Below, one piece after another: positions 47,136-55,823 of a DNA stretch of 64,000 bases (position 1 is its first letter; every line of letters begins with the position of its first letter). Origin of the DNA: an archaeon (GTDB lineage Archaea > Nanobdellota > Nanobdellia > Pacearchaeales > JAPDKA01); NCBI GenBank assembly GCA_029258825.1, contig JAPDKA010000001.1, positions 101,797-165,796 on the forward strand, in the 5' to 3' direction. Under the pieces are notes generated by a model. That model saw nothing but the letters and a program-made list of their open reading frames with translations. It did not search any database and was not told where the DNA came from. A program made the position numbers and the translations under genes.

Positions 47136-47750
47136 ATGAAACAAAACAATTTCCAAATAAAAGGGTTATACGGAATAACATATCCTTATCCAGGAATCTC
47201 TATTTTAAAATCGATTGAAATAATGATCAAAAAAGGAGCAAGATTTATTCAGTTAAGAGAAAAACAATTAAGTGATAGAAAGTATTTGGAGCTGGCTAAA
47301 AAAGCTTTGAAGATTTGCAAAAAACATGGAGTTCAGTTAATAATAAATGATAGAGTTGGCGTGGCATTAACTTTGAATTTACCCATTCATGTAGGAAAAG
47401 ACGACTTAGGAGTTAAAGAAATAAAAAAAATTAAAAATATAAAAGTAGGATACAGCATAGCAAAGTTTGACGATATAAAAACAGAAGATGCAAAACATGC
47501 AGATTATTATGGGGTTGGCTCAATATTTTATTCTGCTCTTAAACCATCAAAAAATTATTTTGGAATAGATGGATTAAAAAAATTAAAAAAAGTAACTAAG
47601 AAGCCTATAGTAGCAATCGGCGGCTTTAACGAAAAAAATATAGACTCTGTTTTAAAACTAAAGCCAGATGCTGTTGGTATTATGTTTTACAAGTTTATCG
47701 AATTTCCGATATTAATAAAGAAAATAAAAGATTTTTATGAAGCAAAATGA
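47136..47750 (+). CDS. thiE: Thiamine-phosphate synthase homolog
   Basis: LYGIT, IQLREK, LIINDR, IHVGKDD, VGYS, ADYYGVG, PIVAIGG. Confidence 0.88.
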   Translation: MKQNNFQIKGLYGITYPYPGISILKSIEIMIKKGARFIQLREKQLSDRKYLELAKKALKICKKHGVQLIINDRVGVALTLNLPIHVGKDDLGVKEIKKIKNIKVGYSIAKFDDIKTEDAKHADYYGVGSIFYSALKPSKNYFGIDGLKKLKKVTKKPIVAIGGFNEKNIDSVLKLKPDAVGIMFYKFIEFPILIKKIKDFYEAK

Positions 47751-49141
47751 CAACACAACTTGAAAAGGCTAAAAAAGGAATAATAACTAAAGAAATTAAA
47801 AAAGCTGCAAGTAATGAAGAGATCGAATTTTATGAAACATCGTGGACAAAGGATAAAAATGAGTATGTGGCTTATCTTATTAAAAATGGTTGGAGTGTAA
47901 TTCCAGCAAACAAAGAGCATATAAAAAAAGGATTAGAACCTATTGTTATAGGGGATAAGCATTCTGTCTATATTGTAGGTTACAGTGAGGAGCAAATCGT
48001 TAAAAACATTTTGGATGGCTATGATATGGTTAGAGAAGGAGCTATAACAACAAAGATAAATGCAAATATTGGAATAAGTCCTGAGGCAAGCTGCCTTGAA
48101 GAAGAAATAAAGAAAATGGAAACTGCAATTAAAGCAGGAGCAGACACAATTATGGATTTAAGTGTTCATAATGATCCACACTTAATAGATCACATAAGAA
48201 AAGAACTAATACAAAGATGTAAAAAACCTTTTGGAACTGTACCAATATATCAGGCATATATAGAAGCACAAAATAAGGGAGAAGATTTGAATATAAAGAA
48301 TTACCTAAAAGTTTTCGAGAAGCATGCAAAAGATGGTGTTGATTTTACAACAGTTCATGCAGGAATAACAAGAAAAAGTTTGGGCTTGCTTAGAAGAAGG
48401 CTTATGCCTACTGTAAGCAGAGGAGGTGGCTTTATTTTAGAGTTTATGAAAAAAACGGGAAAGGAAAATTTTCTTTATGCGTATTTCGATGAAATTTTAG
48501 AAATAGCAAAGGAATATGATGTTACTTTAAGTTTGGGGGATGCTTTAAGACCTGGCTGTCTACAAGATGAAACAGATGAAGCTCAACTTTATGAATTAGA
48601 AATTCTTGGAGAGCTTGTAGAGAGAGCAAGAGAAAAAGGTGTCCAAGTAATGATAGAAGGGCCGGGCCATATTCCATTAAATAAAATACCCAAAAATATC
48701 TTACTTGAAAAATCGCTTTGTAAAGCTCCTTTTTACGTTTTAGGGCCTTTAGGAATAGATAATGCTGCTCCATTTGACCATATAGCTTCCGCAATAGGGG
48801 GTGCTTTAGCAGCTTACTGGGGAGCAGACTTTTTATGCTATGTTACTCCAGCAGAACATATAGGTTTGCCAAAATTAGAAGAAGTGAAACAAGGTGTTAT
48901 AGCAGCAAAGATTGCTGCAAGTATAGCAGATTACGCTTTAGGCAATAAAAAAGTTGTAAAACAAAGTAATGAAATGTCTATAGCAAGAGCACAATTTAAT
49001 TGGTCAAAAATGGCAGAGCTTTCTTTATTTCCGGAAGAATTCAAGAAAAGATTAAAAAAAGAAAAAACAAAAACCCCTCACCCTTGCAGTATGTGTAAAC
49101 ATTATTGTCCTTTAAAAAGAAAAGATCTTTTGGAAGAATAG
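47747..49141 (+). CDS. thiC: Phosphomethylpyrimidine synthase (radical SAM)
   Basis: TKINANIG, GADTIMDLS, GTVPIYQ, VSRGG, LSLGDALRPG, EGPGH, LCYVTPAEH, CSMCKHYC. Confidence 0.95.
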   Translation: MTTQLEKAKKGIITKEIKKAASNEEIEFYETSWTKDKNEYVAYLIKNGWSVIPANKEHIKKGLEPIVIGDKHSVYIVGYSEEQIVKNILDGYDMVREGAITTKINANIGISPEASCLEEEIKKMETAIKAGADTIMDLSVHNDPHLIDHIRKELIQRCKKPFGTVPIYQAYIEAQNKGEDLNIKNYLKVFEKHAKDGVDFTTVHAGITRKSLGLLRRRLMPTVSRGGGFILEFMKKTGKENFLYAYFDEILEIAKEYDVTLSLGDALRPGCLQDETDEAQLYELEILGELVERAREKGVQVMIEGPGHIPLNKIPKNILLEKSLCKAPFYVLGPLGIDNAAPFDHIASAIGGALAAYWGADFLCYVTPAEHIGLPKLEEVKQGVIAAKIAASIADYALGNKKVVKQSNEMSIARAQFNWSKMAELSLFPEEFKKRLKKEKTKTPHPCSMCKHYCPLKRKDLLEE

Positions 49142-49245
49142 GCAAATCTCATGTTTTCAGAGTTTACAGAAAGGAAAAATAAAATCTTATAGGTTGTGAA
49201 AAAACCTTGACTTTCTTACAAAGAAAAATGTTTAATTTGATTAGA

Positions 49246-49932
49246 TTAATTCTGCTTAACATTAAGCAGCTCCCTCGCAACTTTTCTTGCATATTTGTTT
49301 GCCATCACTAAAGGCATTGGTAGTTTATATGGGCTAACAGTAAGTTTCTTAACAAGTTTAACTGCTGTAGCAAGGCTTATCTTGTGGCCTACGCTTACGA
49401 TTACAGCCTTGCTTTGTGGTTTTGTTTGCACCAATTTTGCAATTAGTTTTTCCTTGCCGCTTGCATCAAACATATAAACATTATCATCTTGCACTTTACA
49501 GTTATCAAGCAATGAAGTTGCCACGCCAACAACAGCGTTATCTATTGCCAAACCAAGATGACTTGCAAGACCTAATTTTCTAGGATGCAATTGTCCATGC
49601 GCTTTAATAAATACAACATCAGGCTTCGTTTGAAGTTTGTTATAACAATCCAAGATTAGTTTTAGTTCTCTATAAGCTCTAAAACCTGGAATGTAAGGCA
49701 ATGCGGGCTTTCCAACAGAAAATTTCTGTTCAACGAGTTGAAAAGAATCATCAATAACAACAATGCCAACAACAATCTGCCTAGCTAAATTTTCTATACC
49801 AACCCCAGCAAATAACTCAGCAGCATCAAAGTTAACACTATCTTTAGCAACAACAAGTTTAGCTAGCCTTCTCTGTTCTGCTTTAAATTCTTCAATGGGC
49901 AGACCTCTTTTTATTGCTTCTTGCTCTAGCAT
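49246..49932 (-). CDS. nfi: Endonuclease V homolog lacking catalytic aspartates
   Basis: PYIPGFRAYRE, HGQLHPRKLGLASH, VSVGHKISL, YKLPMPL. Confidence 0.85.
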   Translation of the reverse strand: MLEQEAIKRGLPIEEFKAEQRRLAKLVVAKDSVNFDAAELFAGVGIENLARQIVVGIVVIDDSFQLVEQKFSVGKPALPYIPGFRAYRELKLILDCYNKLQTKPDVVFIKAHGQLHPRKLGLASHLGLAIDNAVVGVATSLLDNCKVQDDNVYMFDASGKEKLIAKLVQTKPQSKAVIVSVGHKISLATAVKLVKKLTVSPYKLPMPLVMANKYARKVARELLNVKQN

Positions 49933-50028
49933 AACAATATAAAACAAAAATCCTTTTTAAAACTTTCGTTTTTGTTGTTACTTTTAGATAGATAAAGATT
50001 GAACCTAATTAAACTGTCTATTATAAAA

Positions 50029-50472
50029 TTATTTTTTCTTTTTATTTAAGTGTTTATTTAAGTACTTTTTTACAACCTTCAAAAAATTTTCAGCATCTTT
50101 AATTGCTTCTTCTGCATCCAATCTTGAACAAAAAGCCCCTTTATATTGAACAGCATGCCTAGAAATTCTGTAAGAATCTAAAATATTTAAAAATTGAAAA
50201 ATTTTTTCACTATCTTTAAATTTTTCTTTCAAAAATTCGATCATTGCAAAATGACTTCTTTCCTTTACACCAAAAGAAAATAATAAAGCTCTTGCTGAAT
50301 GAAACATGCTGTTGTAAGCCAAAGTAAAAGCCACATCAAAGTATTCAATTTTCACGTTTCCTTTAGCTCTGTCCAGAAATCTGGCTGCAAGTTCTAAACT
50401 TCCATCAATCTGATTTCTATCAATTTTCTCTTTTCTAAGTAAACCTGCCTTAAAGTAATCCTCAATTTTCAT
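50029..50472 (-). CDS. HEPN domain protein
   Basis: AYNSMFHSARALL, ERSH, SRHAVQY. Confidence 0.88.
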   Translation of the reverse strand: MKIEDYFKAGLLRKEKIDRNQIDGSLELAARFLDRAKGNVKIEYFDVAFTLAYNSMFHSARALLFSFGVKERSHFAMIEFLKEKFKDSEKIFQFLNILDSYRISRHAVQYKGAFCSRLDAEEAIKDAENFLKVVKKYLNKHLNKKKK

Positions 50473-51023
50473 ATTTCAGCTCCATACAGCAAAATATATT
50501 TTGATAATAAAGACTGAACAAATTTATCATTTTTTCTTTTTAAATTTCTCCATTCACCCAAGGTAAAAATCTGAATTTTCACTTCTTTTCCAGTTTTTCT
50601 TTCTATTTTCTTTAATTCAGTTAACCCAAGCTTTTTTTGTTGACAGATTATTAAGAGATCGATATCAGAGCTTTCATCGTAAGTTCCTAAAGCATGACTA
50701 CCATAAAGAATAATACTTGTTACGTTATTTTCTTTAGCAAATTTTAAGATGAATGGGTAAATGGTATCTAGGATATAAAAAACTTTTAATTGTCTTGTTA
50801 AAGCATTATCCAATAATGAATAAAGCAATAAATTTGCTTTTTTTCTTTCTCTTAAAATACCTGCTTTACTGTAAAATTTCAAATAATAATTTGCTGTTTG
50901 CGGGCTAATTTTCAATTTTCTTGCAATTTCTTTCAGATGGATTTCATTTCCTGTTTTGAGAAAGAATTCTAATAGTTTCCATCCTCTAAACTTTCTCCAT
51001 TCTTCAATTATCATGTAAATCAT
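50469..51023 (-). CDS. wHTH-MNT nucleotidyltransferase
   Basis: HLKEIARKLKIS HTH; LYGSHALGTYDESSDIDLLII. Confidence 0.9.
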   Translation of the reverse strand: MIYMIIEEWRKFRGWKLLEFFLKTGNEIHLKEIARKLKISPQTANYYLKFYSKAGILRERKKANLLLYSLLDNALTRQLKVFYILDTIYPFILKFAKENNVTSIILYGSHALGTYDESSDIDLLIICQQKKLGLTELKKIERKTGKEVKIQIFTLGEWRNLKRKNDKFVQSLLSKYILLYGAEI

Positions 51024-51074
51024 ACGATAGTTTGATATATAAAACTTTCGTTTGATAAATTATAATAACCAAAA

Positions 51075-51560
51075 CTAACCGAAATACTGTTTGAACTTTG
51101 CTTGTGTTTGTTCATCAAAACTAGATTGAATTTTTGATATAATTTCAGCTATATTCACTCGGATCTTTTTCCACTCACGATAAGCTTTAGCGATAAACTC
51201 AACTTCAGTTTTTTCGTTATAGTCTTTCATTTCTATTGCCAAAGAATCAAAAATAAGCTTGGCGAGTCGCTTTACAATAGTATCAATTGTATGTTTATCA
51301 TTTTCTGCAAGTTGTTTTGTCGCATACAAAAACAAAATCGAATCATGAGGCACAAGAAAGCGCTCAAGCAATCTTGCAAAACTTTCAACGCGTTCGTGAA
51401 TTCTATGGCGTATTAATCTCGCGAGCAATTCTGTTTCATGCTCTGCAAGAAACTCTATGCCGAATTCTTGATTAAGCTGATCAAAACTTGGCAGCTTTGA
51501 TCGTTTATATTTCTTCACCAATTTATTATAATCTTGTTTCAGTTTTTTTATTTTATTCAT
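51075..51560 (-). CDS. Hypothetical helical protein
   Basis: 161 aa; LPSFDQLNQEFGIE; ends YFG. Confidence 0.7.
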   Translation of the reverse strand: MNKIKKLKQDYNKLVKKYKRSKLPSFDQLNQEFGIEFLAEHETELLARLIRHRIHERVESFARLLERFLVPHDSILFLYATKQLAENDKHTIDTIVKRLAKLIFDSLAIEMKDYNEKTEVEFIAKAYREWKKIRVNIAEIISKIQSSFDEQTQAKFKQYFG

Positions 51561-51623
51561 GTTTGACTAATGCTGCTAAGGTTTTTAAATGTTACATTGA
51601 CAAAAAGCAAGTAAAAAAGAGAA

Positions 51624-51697
51624 AGCCTCGGGCGGGACTTGAACCCGCGACCCCAGCCTTACCAAGGCTGTGCTCTGCCAGGCTGAGCTACCGAGGC
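51624..51697 (-). tRNA. tRNA-Thr(GGT)
   Basis: GCCTCGG...CCGAGGC-T, anticodon arm CAGCC-TTGGTAA-GGCTG. Confidence 0.95.
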
Positions 51698-51763
51698 ATC
51701 AAACAAAAACAACAAAAACTAAAAATTTTTAAATCTATCTGAAGTTGCTTTTCTGTGTTTTAT

Positions 51764-51836
51764 GCCCCGGTGGTGTAGAGGCCAAGCATCCAGGCCTTTC
51801 GAGCCTGGGACCCGGGTTCGAATCCCGGCCGGGGCA
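51764..51836 (+). tRNA. tRNA-Glu(TTC)
   Basis: GCCCCGG...CCGGGGC-A, anticodon arm CAGGC-CTTTCGA-GCCTG. Confidence 0.95.
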
Positions 51837-51845
51837 TTATGCAAA

Positions 51846-52445
51846 ATGACAAAAACAAAGGCCAAAGCAAAAAACAATAAACAAAAACAGCAAACAAAAA
51901 AAGTTATAGTTGTTATTGGCACAATTGGTTCTGGAAAAAGTCTGGCAAGCAAATACATAGCAAGACGCTTTGGCTTTAAGCACATAACAATGAGCAACAT
52001 TCTTCGTGGTATAGCAAAAACGAGAGGTATTAAACCAACAAGGCAAAATCTTGAAAAATTACAAGCAAAACTGCATAAAAAAGACAAATACTTCCTTATA
52101 GATAGGGTAATAGAAAAAATAATGAAAAGTTCAAAACAAAAATTCGTAGTTGATGGTGCACGTCATCCAGAGCAAGTTGAAAAACCAAAAAAGTTGCTTA
52201 ATGCTTTTGTCTTGCTTATCGACGCTGATCCGAAAATAAGATTTGAACGCATTAAAGCAAGAAAAAGACGGGGCGATCCAAAAACGTTTGATGAGTTTTT
52301 ACAGCTTGAGCAAAAAGAAAATAAAATATTTCGATTTAACAAAACAAAAAAATATGCTGATGCTATCTTGCTTAACAATTCAACAAAACAAAGCTTGTTT
52401 AAACAAATAGACAAAATAATGAAAAAATTGATAAAAGAAAAATAA
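51846..52445 (+). CDS. P-loop nucleotide kinase (dephospho-CoA/CMP kinase-like)
   Basis: GTIGSGKS, VVDGARHPEQV, RFERIKARKRRGDP; start reassigned to after tRNA-Glu. Confidence 0.85.
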   Translation: MTKTKAKAKNNKQKQQTKKVIVVIGTIGSGKSLASKYIARRFGFKHITMSNILRGIAKTRGIKPTRQNLEKLQAKLHKKDKYFLIDRVIEKIMKSSKQKFVVDGARHPEQVEKPKKLLNAFVLLIDADPKIRFERIKARKRRGDPKTFDEFLQLEQKENKIFRFNKTKKYADAILLNNSTKQSLFKQIDKIMKKLIKEK

Positions 52446-52446
52446 A

Positions 52447-52827
52447 ATGACCTTAGAAGAAACAGTTTATGAATGGAACAAAACAAAAGGAGAAAAAATA
52501 GAAAAAGAAATCGAAGAAATAAGAAAAATTCTTTGGGACATCTATATGAAATTAAAGAATGCTGTAGGATTGGAAAGATTGGAAGTATACCTTCGTGAGT
52601 TGGGTAAAAAGAAAGCATTCATATACACTCCAGACGGATTTGTAATCAAAAAAGATGAAGAAGAAATACTTTATGAACCAAAAATTGACAGGCGGGCTTT
52701 CTATAGAGAACCTAAGACAGAAGAAGGCGAGCTAGTTACAGAAAATTACATAACATTGAAAAGAAACAAGGATGAACTAGAAAAGATGTTTGAAGAAGCA
52801 CTAAAAAAGATGATCAACCCAGAATAA
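52447..52827 (+). CDS. Hypothetical protein
   Basis: 126-aa E/K-rich ORF starting 1 nt after the kinase stop. Confidence 0.65.
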   Translation: MTLEETVYEWNKTKGEKIEKEIEEIRKILWDIYMKLKNAVGLERLEVYLRELGKKKAFIYTPDGFVIKKDEEEILYEPKIDRRAFYREPKTEEGELVTENYITLKRNKDELEKMFEEALKKMINPE

Positions 52828-52872
52828 GAACAATTTCTAGTAATTCCAAAACAAACAAAAAAGAAAGAAGAA

Positions 52873-52920
52873 GGCGGCCAGCTAATCGCCAGCCGCTGAT
52901 GTTGCCTGGGAAGGGCCAGC
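52873..52920 (-). other. GC-rich structured element (hairpin plus U-rich tail) downstream of ftsZ
   Basis: Minus strand GCGGCUGGC-GAUUA-GCUGGCCGC followed by CUUCUUCUUUCUUUUUU. Confidence 0.55.
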
Positions 52921-52928
52921 ATGATTTG

Positions 52929-52967
52929 TTATTTATGTTGTTGAATGAATGATGTTGATGTAAGCAT
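52929..52967 (-). CDS. Possible 12-aa peptide MLTSTSFIQQHK
   Basis: Strong SD GAGGTGA (52971-52977) a few nt before the ATG. Confidence 0.3.
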   Translation of the reverse strand: MLTSTSFIQQHK

Positions 52968-53061
52968 GATTCACCTCTTTTTTGTTGTTTTTGTTTTACT
53001 TTTTGCTTTGCTGTTTTTTGTTTTTTGGTTTAGCTTTAAAAAATAAAAAAGGAAAAAGGCA

Positions 53062-54135
53062 TTACTTGAATACAGTTATGCCAAGTTCTGACGTTTCTGG
53101 TTTGATCTCAGCTATGTTACTTTTTGGTTTTCCAAGGATGTATGGACTCTTCACACCTGTTATTATTGTAATTACTCTTACCTTTCCTTTGAAGCTTTTA
53201 TCAATCCTTGCACCAAGGATTACTTGTGCATCAGGCGCAAGATTCGATGTGATTAATTCACCTATACTATTTAGCTCTTCTAGTTTACAGTCCTCACCAC
53301 ATGTAACGTGTATAAGTGCACCTGTTGCGCCTCTGTAATCTATGTCAAGCAAAGGATGCATTAATGCTTGTCTTACTGCTTCTTCAACCCTGTTTTGTGT
53401 ATCGCTTTGACCAACACCGATTATTGCAACATCACCGTTGCGCATTATTGCAGAAACATCAGCGAAGTCAAGATTAATTAGTGAAGGTATCTGTATAGTT
53501 TCTACAATCCCTTTAATCATTGTACTTATCAATTCGTTAGCTACAGCAAATGCTTGTTCAATTGGCAAATTGCCAGCAATATCAACAAGCCTATTGTTGT
53601 CTATAACAATGACAGTATCGCACACCTCACGCAATTGTTGTAAACCGAATTCTGCTTTTTCTATTCTTGCTTTTTCTGTTTCAAAAGGCATTGTCACTAC
53701 ACCAATAACCAATGCTCCTTGTTCTTTTGCAAGCTGCGCTACTATGGGTGCTGCCCCTGTTCCAGTACCACCTCCTTCTCCAGCAACAACAAAAACCATA
53801 TCAGAATTACTTACAACCCTTTTTATTTCTGCAAGACTTTCCTTTGCCGCTTCTCTACCTTTTGCAGGAAAACCACCGCAGCCAAGACCTCTTGTAAGCT
53901 CTTTACCGAGCAATAATTTTTCATCAGCTTTTGTTATACTTAAGTGTAAAGCATCTGTGTTCATTGCAATTACTGTTGCACCTTCTATACCTTTATTGTG
54001 TAACCATGTAACAGCGTTACAGCCAGCACCACCAACACCAACAACTTTAATATTAGCTTTTCCTGCTTTAAGTTCGTCAAAATTTATACCATATTGCTTT
54101 GCATTTTCTATTGCTTCTTTTGCGAACTCCAACAT
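53062..54135 (-). CDS. ftsZ: Cell division protein FtsZ
   Basis: VGVGGAGCNAV, GEGGGTGTG, PSLINLDFADV; SD ggaggt. Confidence 0.97.
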   Translation of the reverse strand: MLEFAKEAIENAKQYGINFDELKAGKANIKVVGVGGAGCNAVTWLHNKGIEGATVIAMNTDALHLSITKADEKLLLGKELTRGLGCGGFPAKGREAAKESLAEIKRVVSNSDMVFVVAGEGGGTGTGAAPIVAQLAKEQGALVIGVVTMPFETEKARIEKAEFGLQQLREVCDTVIVIDNNRLVDIAGNLPIEQAFAVANELISTMIKGIVETIQIPSLINLDFADVSAIMRNGDVAIIGVGQSDTQNRVEEAVRQALMHPLLDIDYRGATGALIHVTCGEDCKLEELNSIGELITSNLAPDAQVILGARIDKSFKGKVRVITIITGVKSPYILGKPKSNIAEIKPETSELGITVFK

Positions 54136-54187
54136 TTTGACCTCCTTTTTGTTTTATTTATTTTATTTGATTTTTTGATTTTGTATC

Positions 54188-54322
54188 ATGTTGAGCAGGC
54201 AACCGAAAGGTTTAAATACCTGCTCAACATCAATTTTATTAAGTTTGAGCGAAGAAAAATATAACACATATTAAGTTCGGGTCGAGAATTATTAATGGTG
54301 CGACGACGCAACACCCGAACTT
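54188..54322. other. Two long inverted repeats upstream of ftsZ (structured leader or ncRNA)
   Basis: 12-bp arms at 54188-54199 / 54219-54230; 10-bp arms at 54273-54282 / 54313-54322; each encloses a small hairpin. Confidence 0.65.
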
Positions 54323-54471
54323 TACCCCGAAACAAAGCCCCTCTTTTTTATTAAATAATAATCATTAATAATTTAAGATTTCTACATTGTTGGAGTTTAT
54401 AAATATTTTTGTGATATAAAACATAGATTAAAAGAAACAAAAGTGTTTTTGTTGGTTTATGTTGTTTTGCA

Positions 54472-55119
54472 TTAATCTCTCTTAAATTTTTTTATCAACG
54501 ATAAAATAAATGCTTCGTATGCTTTAACTACATCTTCGCATTTCGCATTTATCATTACACAAGTATCGGTAACGTTTATTGAAGTTTCATTACTTAAAGC
54601 AAAACCAATCACAGTAAGGTTTGTGTTAGAACAATTTTTTATTGGCACATCCCTAGTTAAATTCGAAACATTGTAAAGCAACGCTCCTTTAACCTTTACG
54701 CCAAGCACAGCCAATAGCTTGCTAACTTCTATGGCTGCAAGTGTGAAATTACTGCAATTTACGTCGGGCTGAAAACTTAAGTAAGTAAGTATTGATAGTT
54801 TTAAACTGGACAAATTTACTAACATACCCTCAAGTGAACGAGGATCATTACGCAAATATAGGTTGTAAACAATTGATTTCTCTTTAGTTTTTACAGTGAA
54901 GTTTGTATGATAAAGTTTAAGCTTTCCATATCGTTCGATAGTATAATTAAGACCATCATAACTAAAGTGGGTCAGCTTGTAATTGATTTTTGGCATAAAT
55001 ACAATTGCAAGCACAACAACAACTATAGCAATAAAAACAGCGAGCACAAATAAATCTAACTTATCAGGTTTGTTTTTAGTTTTTCTATTTTGTTTCTCAC
55101 GTTTAGTATGCGCTTGCAT
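54472..55119 (-). CDS. Membrane-anchored hypothetical protein
   Basis: N-terminal TM; LYLRNDPR; Cys-containing ectodomain. Confidence 0.7.
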   Translation of the reverse strand: MQAHTKREKQNRKTKNKPDKLDLFVLAVFIAIVVVVLAIVFMPKINYKLTHFSYDGLNYTIERYGKLKLYHTNFTVKTKEKSIVYNLYLRNDPRSLEGMLVNLSSLKLSILTYLSFQPDVNCSNFTLAAIEVSKLLAVLGVKVKGALLYNVSNLTRDVPIKNCSNTNLTVIGFALSNETSINVTDTCVMINAKCEDVVKAYEAFILSLIKKFKRD

Positions 55120-55162
55120 TGTAAATAAAAATTAAGATTTTTTTATAATTTTAAATCTCTAA

Positions 55163-55801
55163 TTAAGCCATCTGTTGTTTTGGTGGCTGGTGCTTATCTC
55201 TACCAGGAGGAGTCACTTCTGGAACCGAGAGCAACTTTGGTTTTTCGACACATTCTGTTAATGTTACACTATTGCTGTACGCACAAGTGATCTTATTTGT
55301 CTCACCTACTACAGCGGCAACAGCAACAGACGAAACGTTAGTAACACTTAACCTTGTGCAATCTATAGCATATGTTATTGATTGACCTGGTTCAGGCAAA
55401 ACGACACTTGTACCATTGCCAAAAGGGATCCAAACGTCATAAGGTGAAACGCTTGGGTCAATTACAATAGCTTTACTCTGCATCGGTGCATTTAATTTTA
55501 CAGCAATACCACTCAAGCCTTTAGCAGATGTTGGAACATTAACAGAAACTAGCACAACTTCATGAGTAACATTCTTTTCATCCATCACATAAGCTTTACA
55601 CGTATACTGTTCATTAATGCTTAAAGAAGCGAAATTTTTGCATTGTTGTTCAAGATTGTTAAGCTTACTTGTGTAACGCACAACTATACCATAAATCATA
55701 CCAGCAACACCAAGTACTATAACAATCATTAATACTGTAGCAATAAGTGCTGTAATTCCTCGTTTATCGCTTAGTCTTTTACAACCTCTTTTGAAACACA
55801 T
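55163..55801 (-). CDS. Archaeal type IV pilin-like protein
   Basis: Class III signal DKRG-ITALIATVLMIVIVL. Confidence 0.85.
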   Translation of the reverse strand: MCFKRGCKRLSDKRGITALIATVLMIVIVLGVAGMIYGIVVRYTSKLNNLEQQCKNFASLSINEQYTCKAYVMDEKNVTHEVVLVSVNVPTSAKGLSGIAVKLNAPMQSKAIVIDPSVSPYDVWIPFGNGTSVVLPEPGQSITYAIDCTRLSVTNVSSVAVAAVVGETNKITCAYSNSVTLTECVEKPKLLSVPEVTPPGRDKHQPPKQQMA

Positions 55802-55823
55802 AGTATTTTTTATTCTTATTAGT

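Noticed and set aside
47747-49141. ThiC as BzaF (cobamide lower ligand) with the MTase as BzaC
   Set aside because: Not excluded, but it is coupled to thiE and no cobT or other cobamide genes are nearby; needs phylogeny.
51762-51845. N-terminal extension of the kinase ORF
   Set aside because: It is the tRNA-Glu sequence.
52873-52920. SRP RNA helix 8 or HDV-like ribozyme
   Set aside because: GGAAGG and GGCAACA resemble these only superficially; I could not build the required pairings.
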